From: Felis catus
Taxonomy: Eukaryota
Direction of reading: 5' to 3'
NCBI RefSeq assembly: GCF_018350175.1
Contig: NC_058383.1
Location: 13,828,001-13,892,000, forward strand
Length of the DNA: 64,000 nt
A program made the position numbers and the translations under genes. Shown here piece after piece: positions 24,531 to 37,452 of the stretch. Numbering within the stretch: the stretch's first letter is position 1; every line of letters starts with the position of its first letter. The notes below the pieces were generated by a model, which saw only the letters and a program-made list of their open reading frames with translations, made no database searches and was not told where the DNA came from.

Positions 24531-26359
24531 AGGCTCTCCACCTGTTTGGTGCCTTATCCTCAGTCCTGGCTGGATTTCAGCCCCAGAGGTCAGGCCATCC
24601 AGTATCCTCTGAGGTGTGAGCGGAATGTCCCAAATGTCTGTGCAGTGTAAACAAGACAATCACCTTCTAAAGGAAGTATTTGTTTAGGGTTGCATAGCTC
24701 TAAAGGGCTTCTTAAGAGGAGAGAATACTTAATCCTTTTCTCAAATAGCCAGTGGGGCCTGGGTTAGAGCACGCAGGGATTACCCTGTCTATCGCTATTA
24801 TTCTCTGAAACACAAGTTCTTCAAAAAGACCAGTGGAAAAGCCAGTTAGTTACACCCCACACGGTGAAACGCTGAGGGGGGGGAGGAGGAGGGTTGCTGG
24901 TTTTTCTCACCTCACCGTTTTCTCACTCCGGGGGGTAATTCGGGATGGTGTCACGGGAGAGCCCGAGTCAGCTTGGCCACCAGGTGTTAGGCCAAGAAGT
25001 TCTCGATCTTACCTAGGAGGCGATCTTACCTAGGAGCCGGCACCTCTGAGGAAGGAGTTCAGGCCTCTCCTAAATCTCTAGCCTGGTGTCCTGGCTCCCC
25101 CCTCCTTTCTGTCCGTCACCGGCTCGGCAGCCGTCGGGAAGCCTTTCCTGCCAGAATCCGAATCATTACCCCACGGAGTTTATTACAAGCAGATCCAGAG
25201 TTCAACATGAAGCCCTTTTTGTTGTTGTTTAACTTTTAAATGCCATCAGGCTGACAGGGGGATTTATTGAAACCTAAACTTACTTTGTTTGCTGTCAGAT
25301 TCACAAGACTCAAGAGCTGAAGGAAGGGGTAAGCACTCCCGCCGCCTCGGGGCGTGTTAGAGCGCATAAGTCATTCACCCTGGTCTCAAAAGTCACAAGT
25401 CACCCCAGCTCAGTGGGCTCAGTGTGTTGGGATTATGTGCCGGAGGGAGGAAGAAAGTGGCCGAGCGCCTTCTCTCAGCCTGGCCTCCGTCTCCTGTCCT
25501 CATTCTCGCTACCAAACCTCTCCCACGAGGAACCCCATCTGCCTTCTGTTCCTCACCAGTCCCACCCTGTGAGCCATCTCAGAATCGATTGGGCTTCCAG
25601 TAGCTGAGAAACTCCTGAGAAAGGGGTTTCCAACCCAGCACCTTGAGACGACACGACCCATGGCTCTCCTGTGCCGGGAAAACCTTGTCATGAGAACTTC
25701 CCAGTTCTAGAGAAACCCATTCCAGCTCCCATGTCTCTGCTACAAGCGATGTCCCATGTGGTCAGATGAGGTTGTGGAGAAATACTTTGTGCCTGCTAAG
25801 AGTGGCGTGTTTAGCAAGAGAGGTCAGCCAAGGGGTGTTTTGAGGTAACCTGTTAAGTACAAGGAAGGCGGCCATTAGACCTCTCCGATCTCGTCATGCC
25901 CATAAATCAGATGAAAACCAAAGCCACTTGCACTTTTCAATCTCAGGGATTTTTAAAACCTTGAGTCATCTAAACAGAGAACCGATAGCACCATTCGCTG
26001 AGCCCCAGGTATACGCCAGCTGGCATATTGGTGCGCCCTTGGTACGCGTTCTCTCCGAGGGCACAGGAGCCCAGCAAGGCTGGCCCGCGTCACTGTTCTA
26101 TTCTGCACATGCTCAGAGAAACTACCTGCGGAAGGCCGCGTGCCTGACACGTGTTGGAGCCAGAATTTTATTCATGAATCCGTCCATCCAGTGATCAGAT
26201 GCTTGAGTGCCTACTTGTGCTAGGGACAGTAGACAGGGACATGGCCTTGCTCTTAACAGCACACGGTTTCACGGGGCCCCGCAGACGCTGACTCCGGGTC
26301 TTTTGGACCACGACCTACTTTCTTGCTTGCTTCAACGTTTCCTCCAAAGTCTTTCAAAT

Positions 26360-26651
26360 TTTTTTTTTTTTATGTTGCAAAATTGCAAACGTGCAGAAAA
26401 ATGAGAACAAGAGGACAGCGAATTCCCACGCACTTTTCATGCAGATCCACGAATTCTTAACATTTGCCACATCTGCCCTTTTTTTTTTTTTAACCTAAAT
26501 CATTTCAAAGTTAAAGGCATCAGAATCCCTCAATATTCATTTCCTGCATTGCTTAACAAAACCTCACTACTGTTATCTCACCTAAGTAAGTTAACTGTGA
26601 TTTGATCTAAAGTTCATTTCCAACTTTCCTTGATTGTGTCCAAAGTGGGGA

Positions 26652-26682
<31 letters not shown>

Positions 26683-26815
26683 TGTGTGTACGTGTGTACA
26701 TGGGCATGTGTGTGTTTCAACAGTGGGCTTTTCTTTTTCCTTTTTTTTTTCTTTTCTGGATCTAAGATCCAATTAGGGTCACACATTTGGTTGATCTGTC
26801 TGTCTCTTTGGCCTC
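26360..26815 (-). mobile_element. Old L1 3' UTR fragment (L1MC-like) with internal (GT)n at ~26652-26715
   Basis: aaattgcaaacgtgcagaaaa...cagatccacgaattcttaacatttgccacat...gatccaattagggtcacacatt resembles L1MC 3' ends. Confidence 0.55.
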
Positions 26816-26870
26816 TTAAAATCAAATATTGATATTGAACTCCACCCCCATCCTTCCCCTCACACACACC

Positions 26871-27112
26871 TTTTTTTTTTATTTTTTATTTTTTTAAACA
26901 TTTTTTTTAACGTTTTATTTATTTTTGAGACAGAGAGAGACAGAGCGTGAACGGGGGAGGGGCAGAGAGAGAGGGAGACACAGAATCAGAAGCAGACTTC
27001 AGGCTCTGAGCCATCAGCCCAGAGCCCGACGCAGGGCTCGAACTCACGGACCACGAGATCGTGACCTGAGCTGAAGTCGGACGCTTAACCGACTGAGCCA
27101 CCCAGGTGCCCC
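26871..27112 (-). mobile_element. CanSINE inserted in the A-tail of the adjacent CanSINE
   Basis: Complete element abutting the T-run of the 27113-27363 copy. Confidence 0.95.
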
Positions 27113-27179
27113 TTTTTTTTTTTTTTTTAAAGTTTATTTATTTTTGAGAGAGAAAGAGAACAAGCAGGGGAAGGGCAGA

Positions 27180-27237
<58 letters not shown>

Positions 27238-27363
27238 CCCAAGCAGACTCCACCGTCAGCATAAAGCTCAAGATATGGGGCTCAAGCCCACGAACCGTGG
27301 GATCATGACCTGAGCTGAAACCAAGAGTCAGACACTTAACTGACTGAGCCACCCAGGTGCCCC
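27113..27363 (-). mobile_element. CanSINE, older subfamily with long (GA)n
   Basis: agagaatcccaagcagactcc variant body. TSD cacacacacct (26861-26871, 27364-27374) brackets both SINEs. Confidence 0.95.
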
Positions 27364-28054
27364 CACACACACCTGTTTAAATTTTTTAACGACGTCAACT
27401 TTTGAAGCTTCCAGACCGGTGGTCTTGTAGGATACCCTACGTTACCGGTACATACCCTACATTGTTACCAGTAACTTTTTAAATTAAAAATGATTTCATT
27501 TTCTCCCTGCTGCTGTGCCACTTTCACTGAGGACTCTAGATTACTTAGCCATTTCGTTTGGGTACTTGGAAGTAACTACCTTGGGAAGAGGCTACATGTG
27601 CAAAATAACGGAGAGGCAGGGGGCTTGGGGCATCTGTGTACAGCATATTCATTGTATTTGGGATGCTATGATTATGGCTTAGATGAGTTCTTGGAGCTCT
27701 GGATTCCGTTGGAATTTCAGGATTTACCCCCTTGCCTCCCCCCACCGTCCACGCCCTTCCCCCACCCACCCTGCAGAGATTAGCTTGTAGTTGCCAATAG
27801 CCCCGGAACTGGCAGACTGCTTAAGCCATAATCTTTTCATTAAAAAAGGATTTAACTAATTAGACTTGACTAATCAAGCTGGCAGGTTAATTGATAAGAG
27901 AAGTGGGGCTCAGGACCCTTAAGCTGGGAGTGAGTGTCCATGAAATTTAAATCAACGTGATGTCCACGGAAACATTATTCTTGGCAATGATTTTTTAAAA
28001 AAATTTGTGTATGTGTGATCCCTTAGCAAAGCAAAATATCCCTTCCAAATTCTT

Positions 28055-28281
28055 TTTTTTTTATTTTTTTTATGTTTATTTATTTTTGAGAGAGAGAGAG
28101 AGAGAGCACGTGCGCAAGCAAGTGGGGGAGGGGCAGAGGGAGAAGGAGACACAGAATCCTAAGCAGGCTCCAGGCTCTGAGCTGTCAGCACAGAGCCCGA
28201 TGTGGGGCTCCAACTCACAAACTGAGATCGTGGCCTGAGCCAAAGTCGGACACTTCACTGACTGAGCCACCCAGGCGCCCC
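28055..28281 (-). mobile_element. CanSINE (SINEC)
   Basis: Full body with TSD caaattctt. Confidence 0.95.
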
Positions 28282-29519
28282 TCAAATTCTTCAAAGATCT
28301 TTGATGTATTTATATATTTTAGATCAGATATTTTAGATCTGTTGTGGGTTTTAAGGAGACGTAAAGTGTCAGGTCCTGAAATAATGTTGTCTTTTTATTT
28401 TTCAAGACCCAGTATTTTTTTTTTTTTTTGAGACCCATGGCCACATGGCCATGCCTTTACAAATGGACTTTTCATTTCGGCTTATTATTTAAATGTAATT
28501 AGTTCTAACATAAATCGGAATGTTAATTACAACCAGTAATTTGGTGACATGTCAGAATTAGAAGGAGGAATGTCCCAAAGTGGGGAGGTGGGGCTAGGAG
28601 TTGAGAACAGATTTCTTGAATCACCTGCAATGGGTGATGCTTTACATGAAACACTTTTCCCTGATCTACTGTTAGTCGTGCTTAACAAGGACAAATTTCC
28701 TTTTGGAACTCTCACCTGGAGGCTACCCGGGGCCAGGGGATTGGCAGACAGCACTCCTGGGTTTGGCAAAAGACCCCGGAGCCTGAATCCTTACCCGCGC
28801 TGTTGAAGGAGTCAGACACACGGCAGGTGTTTGTGCGCCGTGTAGAGGTCTCACACAAAGGGCATTGGGGGCATTTAAAGAGAATAAAAGGCTCCGATTT
28901 TCCCCCCAAAGAAACTGTGTTTGAATTTACCTTTGTGAGTTGTAGAGAAAAACCTCTGTAGCCCCACTTTTGTTTGTATCTTCGACAACAGAAACTTCTC
29001 TTGTGCATTTGAGTTTAGTTTACAGATCATTGGCTGCATGTAAAATTGACATGTTGGGGACCATTACCTAGAAAATAACCTTTAAAAAATAAAGACTAGG
29101 AACCCCTGAAACTAATATTTTGTTTACGGACCTCCTAAGGATATACCTAGGCAACTTCTCTTACAAAGGGGAAAGTACCTGTAAATTTGGGGGGGGGGGA
29201 GGGGAATATATTTTTGGATGTTTTCAGTTGTTTTTATGTGTGATGGCATCAGAGATTTGATTCCGTATTTTGATATACCCTGTGGGTATAGACAGATAAT
29301 ATCGTAACTGGATTCTCCGTGTAGAGTAAGCTTAACAGAAAGCAAGCTATCGTGAGAAGGAAAACATCAGTCTGTTTTTGGAAGGAAGAGTGGTTGCATT
29401 TCCATCTTGAAATTCTGTGTTAGGTCCTAAAGTGGTGGCATCCTACTAAAATGTGATTGATGGGATTTAATCTAGGTAGATCATTTTCAGGAACCCCGTG
29501 CATTAAACAATTTATTGCC

Positions 29520-29645
29520 TCCATTGTAAGATGCACCATGGACTTATTAATTTTTTGGAGAGTAGAGAGTGAGAAATACTACTGGATGAAGCTACCATGT
29601 TGATTGCAAGATGCCTCTGTATTTCAGAAACATTAAAATGTGGGC
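29520..29645. mobile_element. MER104/Kanga-like (TcMar-Tc2) fragment
   Basis: attgtaagatgcacc...gattgcaagatgcctctgtatttcagaaacattaaaatgtg resembles the recalled consensus. Confidence 0.45.
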
Positions 29646-32600
29646 GACGGTGACAACGGTGAGAATACAGGTCTCAGAAATGAAGAAATATGGCACATAC
29701 ATGTAGCGTATTATATCACATTTTATAATTTGTCCACTCAAACTGTGATTTATAGATCTTTAGAGAAAGAGAGCAAAGAGGTTGAGCCTTTTAGTAAGAG
29801 AAATGACCTTCCCTCCAAGACGTAGACCAAATTAAATTGGACTTGGAAAATGGTTTACCCTTCTCCTCTAGGGTAAAATCTTCTTGGGAGTGAGCGCTGT
29901 GGCTGGACATGAGGGGAGATCCATTGTCAGCACCTTGAAAGCCTATTTGAAATGTCATCAGCTTGGAACATTCCATTGGCAATGACTCTCACACCCCATT
30001 TTAAAAGGATGCCTTGGCATAGGAATGAATGGATTTGGGAGCGATTCTGTAGTCCCCATGCTCTATCGTGACTGTCAACACCAAACGCATTTTTATTCTG
30101 CCAGCTGCCTGGGGATTTTCCATTTGGCAAACTTACACGGCGAATGGTAAAGCAGTGACATTCCACGAGAGTCCCGAATCTGTTGCTGGTAGGGATTGCT
30201 ATCTCTGATTCAAGAATTTTGCGATTCCAGCCAAGGCTTTGGGTTAAGGTTGAGGCTCTGTGTGCTTGGCCTCAGTGGGTGCAGGTAGAAAATTTAAAAG
30301 CTCAAAAGTAGCCTCCGTTTGAAATAAAGAGCCGAATTTAACAAACACAGATAGTGCTTTTCTTAATTGTACTCAACTGTAAATAAAGCACAGGGGGAAA
30401 GGAAGGGACACAGCCAGGTTGTTTTAGGAGGAGTCGGGATTTCTAGCGTTTCAGTGTTCGGGTGTGAATTTAGGAAGTTTCTTCACATTTTGAGAAAAGA
30501 GCGAAAGACCTAAGATATTTAACACCTGTAGTACCACTTTTCAACACTTGGGAAGATTTTACGGAGAGACAAGCGTGTTCAGCAGAAACCCTGATTTATT
30601 TTCTCGTGAGGGAAATATTCCAAGGAATATTTTGGTATCCTGCTAGACATGTATGTGAATGAAAAATGGCATTTCTTGAAAAATAATTAGATCCCTGACA
30701 CACATTCTATTATTTGAATCAGGCAGTTGCTGTATGGGAGTATGCTGAACTTCGAAACGTTCTGTCATGTATATTCGGTTTTTCGGTATGTTGGCATTTC
30801 CTATCAAAATGGTATGTGATGTTGGCCTTCTTAAATTTCTGTGGCTTAAGATACTATCAGTGGGAAGAAAATAAACAGAGGCAAAAACGCAAACTCAGTG
30901 GGCAAAAATAACCATGGCACACGTGGAACCTTCCATAACACTGCATCCCAGAAATTTTGAGAAGATAAAATCTTAAGTGTCAAGAAATCCAGAGGCCCTG
31001 TCCAGCTTATTGCCATTGGTGCACCCAAGACCCTTTAATCCCCCCAGTTTAGAGGATAATGTTGTCAAGTCAGAGAGGCTTACACACACTAGCATCTTCT
31101 GGAACCCCGGTGACCTGTATTGAGAGTGGATCTTGTGCTTTTGTTCTCCTGAGAAGCAGGTGTAAAGGATAACACGCCGGATTATCTTATTTTAAAGCAT
31201 CTCAAAGCCAATTCCCCAGCTTTTGTTGTGTTTGATCAGGTAGATTCTAAGGGCGGGTGCTTGTGAAGAAGCCTCAGGGGCCTGGTTCTCGGCGGTTGTC
31301 TGAAGGCCAGCCTTCTGTCTTCCCCCTCCTCACCAATTAGGACTAATGAGCGTGGAATCTGTGAAGGCCGAGTATTAACATTATTGTTGCCCAGGTGACT
31401 CTTTTCCTAACCTGTGCGGTGTCTAAGGGGAGAAGGGTTATTTCCACCCCACCTGGTGGGAATACAAAGACAGTTTTCGATTCTGAGCAGGTTAGACCGT
31501 TCCTTCGGGGCCAGCATGCAGGAACCTGCACGTTTATACCAGAGTAAGAGTAACTGCACCCAAGCGTGTGTTCAGATTGTTGTCGTACCGGGCCAAAGGG
31601 GCCACGGCCATGTATGTTACAGCCCCCAAGGCCTGTTCATCACAGGGTGTTGGTAAAACTTACACGTTCACGATTTCAGATTCGTGATCTGTGTCGCCAG
31701 ACCACCTTACTTAATCACCTAGCATGTCCTAAGGTATATGCCTTGGTTATAAGTTAGCATGAAACATCGGACCTGACCTAACAAGTGAAAACCCCACACC
31801 CGGCCGTGCGCTGGCTTCCAAAGCGTTCGACGTCAGTGAGAGAGAAGAGAGCGGAGTGAGTCCCAGACGCGTGGGCTTTGTGGTGTCAGGTAGCATGAGA
31901 GTATCTAGGATTCTGTCACCAATTTACACAGTTTGAACGGTCAGAGGAATCTGTCGTTTGGTAAACTTGAACTTGAGAAAGGCAAACTCCTGAAGGCAGT
32001 CATTAATTTCTTCCGGAGAAAAGAAGCCAGTCATTAAAAAAAAAAAAAAAATCTTAAAGGTAATTACATTATCCAAACTATAGTCTGGAACCAATAAAGG
32101 GGAAATGCAAATAGTTTTATTTGTTCACCTGCCTCTGTTCCCTGTGGAAGACTTGTCCTTAAACCAGGGTGAGGTTCCTTGAAGGCATTTTGGAACAGCA
32201 GGAAGGTGCTGACCAGGCCATGAGCAGATGAGAGTTCTGACCCGGGTTCGAGCTTACTCTTGATTTAATCTTCATGGCTCAGGGATTGGCTGGTGTAGTT
32301 GTTTATAACTCTGAATTTTCTTGATTTCCTTCTTGAACCAATTCAGAAGTAGATGGAAAAATTGTACGTGAATATTTCTTTTTAGGCACAGTTGAAAAAA
32401 AAAAACACTCGTAGGCAGAATCTGGTCTTTAAGAAAATTAAAACAAAATGTACCGAATGTTTAAACACTTTCCTGATATCTTGAAGGCACTTTTTTTTCT
32501 CATTTGCTGTCTTCGATCATGTCACAAAGAGCACTTACGCAAAGCGACCCACATAATTGGAGGGATCGCTTACCTGCAGAGACAAATAAACCTTTTGGTT

Positions 32601-33841
32601 TGCCTTGTGACGCTCTCCTGATATTTGGCTCCGAATTGCCAAGAGATTTTAAAAAGGAATTTTTCTTCTTTTTTTTTTTTTAATGCTTTACACCAGCCCA
32701 AGTTAGAAGAGCATCCTTAATTTATCCTTGTGGTTTTGGGTTTTTTTTTTGAAAAACCCTTTGAGGGTCTTAGAGGGTTCGATGGAGTTCATCCAGACTG
32801 AGCCTCGTCCATTTCAGAGCCCATCTTGAAGGAGCTTTGCGCACATTGTGCCTTGGACCGTTTTCCTAATTAGTAATTTTACCAAAGAAGGGAGATTTAC
32901 ATTTAACACTTTTGTGTGTGGCGCAAATGAAGAATGCATCCTTAACTGATCTGTTAACATCCTGCATCCTTAACTGATCTGTTAACTTTCTTCCTCCCTC
33001 CCCTCCAACCCCTCCAACTGTTTCCTCAAACAGTGCTCCCTGATTAAAAAAAAGGAAGGACTCTCCCAGTTATCCCCAGAAGTGCTTTTTCTCCCTAGGG
33101 ACCAGCAGGAAAGGCCAGCACACCTCAGGGCAGGCTTAGCCGCTGGGCTGGGAGGGAGGAGCGCTCTCTGTTCTTTGTGAACCTAAGACCTGCTCTGCAC
33201 TTGAGAACAGGGATTTACCAAATGGGGTGAAAACGTCAGCCACGCCTTCCATCTCCTTCTGTTTCTTCTGGTGCTTTTGAGAACTTTTACAGACCTCTGA
33301 GGTGGGGGTGGAGATCCTGAGAATGGTCCGGGGGCCGGATGGTTAAGGGTACCATTGATGGTCAGCACCGTAATGTACCCACAGTGCCTTCCCTCTGTGC
33401 CCCTCCAGCTCTCCACTCCCCAGTGCCCTCCTGGTCAGGAGCCCAGAGCCCCGAAGGCCCTCAGGCCCTCAGGTCTTTCTGATGATAAGTTACGAGATCC
33501 TTCTGGTCAGGGCTCAGGTGTTAACTTTTCTGCGAATTCCTAGCATCAGTCCCTGAAACTTGGCGGTCCATCTGCAACCGTTGAATTACTGAATTATTAT
33601 TTCCGTGTCACAGATGACGAAGCTGGGGGAAATTCTTTATTCTGAGACTCAGAAGACTTCAGAAATGTGTAGAAGCCAGGCCTTATATGCTCTCCTCCTC
33701 CAGAGATTTAGAAGCTGGAAACTTGTTAGCGCTCTGTGACTAGTATAAGCCCAAGGCCATGAACCCTTAATTACTTCTTATTGTAGATTGTGTGACCCTG
33801 TTTGCCCATCCCTAGGCACTAACTAGCAATAAGACAACCAT

Positions 33842-33954
33842 TTGTTTTTTTTATTGGTAGCATTCACATACCATAAAATTCACTCTTTTTTTATTTAAAA
33901 AAGTTTTTTTAACCTTTATTTATTTTTGCGAGGCAGAGAACAAGTTGGGGAGGG

Positions 33955-33995
<41 letters not shown>

Positions 33996-34967
33996 ATCGG
34001 AAGCAGGCTCCAGGCTCCGAGCTATCAACATGGAGCCCAATGTGGGGCTCGAACCTACAAACCAGGAGATCATAACCTGAGCTGAAGTTGTACACTTAAG
34101 TGACTGAGCCACCCAGTTGCCCCAAAATTCACTCTTTTAAGATAACAATCCAATGGCTTTTAGTATATTCACCAAGTTGTGGAACTCTCACTATAATAAA
34201 TTCTAGAACACTGTCTTTATACCCGAAAGGCACCTAAGGTTGGAGAAGTTACCCCCTAAGCCTAGCATTGTCCCTCAGCCCTCGGCACCCACTAATTTTT
34301 CTGTCTCTGTATCTCTGTTCTGGACTTTACGTGAATAGAATATGGTTACTTTATTTTTTTATTGCCAAATAATATTCCATTGTAGAGAGATGCTGCATTT
34401 TGCTTTTCGATTCCTCAGTTGAACGTTTGGGCTGTTTCTATGCCATGAATAATGCTGCTACGAGCATTCGTGCACGGGGCTCTTGTGTGGACAAGTTTTC
34501 GTTTCCTGGCAGCGGGATGGTTGGGTCGTTTGTGAACACTACACTTTAGCCTCTTGTGGCTCTGCCACACCTCTTTCCAAAGCGAGGGCACCAGTCTTGG
34601 TTCCCACCGCAGCAGCGTGCGAGGGTTCTAATTTGTCCACATTCTGCCAACGCTTGTTATCCACGGTCTTTCTGAGCTGGGTGTGGGGTGGGATCTCATT
34701 GTGGCTGTGATTTGCATTTCCCTGGTAGGCTAAGGATGTGGAGCATCTTTCCATGGGCTTATTGGCCTTTTGCGAACCTTCTTGGGAGAAATGTCTACCA
34801 AATCCTTTGCCCGCTTTTAAATGGGTAATTAGTCTCCAGTTTATTGAGCTGTAACCGTTCTTTATATATTCTGCATCCTAAACCCTTATCAGATTTGTGA
34901 CTGACACATGTTTTCTCCCATTCTCTGGGTTGTCTTTGCGCTTTCTTGATAATGTCTCCTGAAGCAT
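33842..34967 (-). mobile_element. L1 (L1MB-like) 3' UTR plus ORF2 C-terminal relic, interrupted by a CanSINE
   Basis: ttatt...attcacataccataaaattcactctttt L1MB-type 3' end. Track ORF 34539..34754 (MERCSTSL...) echoes the L1 ORF2 C-terminus (MKRCSTSL...). Confidence 0.85.
33890..34123 (-). mobile_element. CanSINE (SINEC)
   Basis: Perfect 15-bp TSD aaaattcactctttt (33875-33889, 34124-34138). Confidence 0.96.
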
Positions 34968-35119
34968 TTGTTTTGTTTTGTCTGGTCGTGTTTTAGTTTA
35001 AGGACATCTAACAAGACTGATCGCTCAGTTTCTACACCTTTCAGTGATGATCCACTCCAAGTAACTGTCACAGAGCCATTCCGCTGTCTCCCTTTCCTCC
35101 TCCACCTTTCTCTTTTTAC

Positions 35120-35790
35120 TTTTCATTTGGGAATGATCTCAAAGATTTGCAAGAATAAGAATAGTACAAAATCCATATATTCTCCTCCGCGTTTTAATTT
35201 TTGGCTCTATTTCATTTATTCTGATACTCTCTTTCTGTCTCTGTCTCTCTCTGTCTCTGAAGTTTGCATGCACATACACTCGAACAGGCAATTCTCTTCT
35301 GAACCAGTTGAGGGCAAGCTACATAAATCAGGACCGTTTAACGCCACCCAGTTCACTGAATATTTCTTTTTTATTTATTTATTTATTTATTTTTGGGACA
35401 GAGAGAGACAGAGCATGAACGGGGGAGGGGCAGAGAGAGAGGGAGACACAGAATCGGAAACAGGCTCCAGGCTCTGAGCCATCAGCCCAGAGCCCGACGC
35501 GGGGCTCGAACTCACGGACCGCGAGATCGTGACCTGGCTGAAGTCGGACGCTTAACCGACTGCGCCACCCAGGCGCCCCAGCACTGAGTATTTCTTAAGA
35601 ATACTCTCTCAATTCTTAATAGTCTCTCACACAGCCACAGGACGGTCACCACCTCCAGGAAATTTCTCACTGATGTGATGCTTTTGTCTGATCCCCTCAT
35701 CACCATCCACCCCCTGACACAATGACCTTGATGGCATTTTCCCCCTCCAGGAGAGGGGCTGGTGTAGGATCAGCCGTTGCATTTGAGTAC
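35120..35790 (-). mobile_element. Old L1 3' UTR fragment (L1MC/L1MD-like) hosting a young SINE
   Basis: ttgcaagaataagaatagtacaaa...tgaaccagttgagggcaagct...tatttcttaagaa pattern. Confidence 0.5.
35369..35579 (-). mobile_element. Young felid CanSINE
   Basis: CpG-rich body. TSD cactgaatatttctt / cactgagtatttctt. Confidence 0.97.
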
Positions 35791-37236
35791 GAAGATGAAG
35801 GCCCATAAGCGTGTTCCCTAAACATATGTCGCTACTAGGGCTTTGGCCCCTTGGCTTTGTGCGTCAGAATTTGTGGCTGACCTCGTCCGCCCCACCTGTA
35901 ACCTTAGGACTCCTCATGGGTAGCGCGGCTTCCATTTCCTGAGCGCTTGCCCAGAGAAAGGCCGGGTGTCGGAGGCTGGGATGCCCTTTGAGAGAGCAAC
36001 AGAGGCTCCTGGGATGACCTCCAGACACTGACATGTAGCCGGGCCCATCTCTTCCAGTAGTGTTCCGTGTCCAGACCCCAGCCTCGCACGCTGAGCGTCT
36101 GTCTGCTCCTGAAAGGTCTGCTCTCCTGACAGAAACATTGGGGGCGGGGGAGGGTTCAGCTTCAATTCTCTTTATCCGGTGACCTTTGACCCGCCCCGTC
36201 CCGCCTGCTTCTCCTTTAACCCACTTGGTGTTTTGCCTGGTGAGGAGGCTCAGGCAGGCCCCGAGCCTGCTCCCCCTCGTCAATCGTTACACCACCAGGT
36301 CCCAAACTCTGAATTCTAGCAACTGTTTGCGCATGATATGGAGAAAGCAAGCGCTGTTTTCCAAAACAGGTGCAAAGGCCGTTCAAAGTAAATTAGGAAC
36401 CGGACTCCAGCGGATTACGCGTCACAGTGTTCAAAGTGCTTTCTCGTGTCTTTGTGTTATCAATACACGTACTTATAGTTACCTACGCTCAGAACAAACA
36501 CTTGGAGGCGATGTGGCACGTGTGACCTCCATGTTGTCCCCGAGGAGGCCGCGTGGTCAGAGGCGGCCACTCGCCCGCGGAGGCCGGCCTCACACCTGGC
36601 TTCTCCAACTTCCCACCTTCTGCCATTCCCACGGGGCCGCACAGCCTCATCACTTTGTTAATTAGAACTCAACATTGCGGGTTGGGTAGAAATTGGTTTA
36701 TGCACCATGCAAGAATAATAAACATTTACACCCTAGATTTTTAATGATCTGAGACAGCAGAGAAGTACAGAAAAAGGTTAGCCTCCTGAACATTTAATTC
36801 TGCAAAGGAGGGGACGGAGGGAAATCTCCGTCTGCAGAAGTAATCGCAGCTTAAGGGCATCTTAGATGGGATGTTGCCTAGGACTTGGGAAGGCTTAGAG
36901 CGACGGGTGTTTACTGATCATATTTCCCACCATTCCAAGTCGGGGAATGTTTCTGTTGCATAAATAGAACATTCTGTGGAGCTTAGCAAATCTGTTGCAC
37001 ACAAGTCCCACACGATATTGAAGATGCCAACTGTCTGGATGATTTTCTCCCAATAATTTTGTGTGGAAGTTTTCAAACATACAGAACAATCCAGAGCATT
37101 GCATGGTGGACACCTGTGTCCTTCTCCACTCGCAGCCTCACCAACACACACCCCCATCCACCTGAACTCTGCAGTTGTTAACATTTCCTGCAATCACTTT
37201 ATCACGGATATGCAGGCTGTTGTTGATGCGCCTTGT

Positions 37237-37452
37237 TTTTGTTTTTAAAAATTTTTTTTTATGTTTTACTTATTTTTGAGAGACAGAGACAGAGCGCAAG
37301 CAGGGAAGGGGGGCAGAGGGAGAAGGAGACACAGAATCCGAAGCGGGCTCCAGGCTCTGAGCTGTCCGCACAGAGCCCGACGCGGGCTGGAACTCACAAA
37401 CCGAGAGATCATGACCTGAGCCGAAGTCGGACGCTTAACTGACTGAGCCACC
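37237..37452 (-). mobile_element. CanSINE, 5'-truncated by ~10 nt
   Basis: The element ends at gagccacc and lacks caggcgcccc. TSD tgatgcgccttgt / tgatgcgctttgt. Confidence 0.95.
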
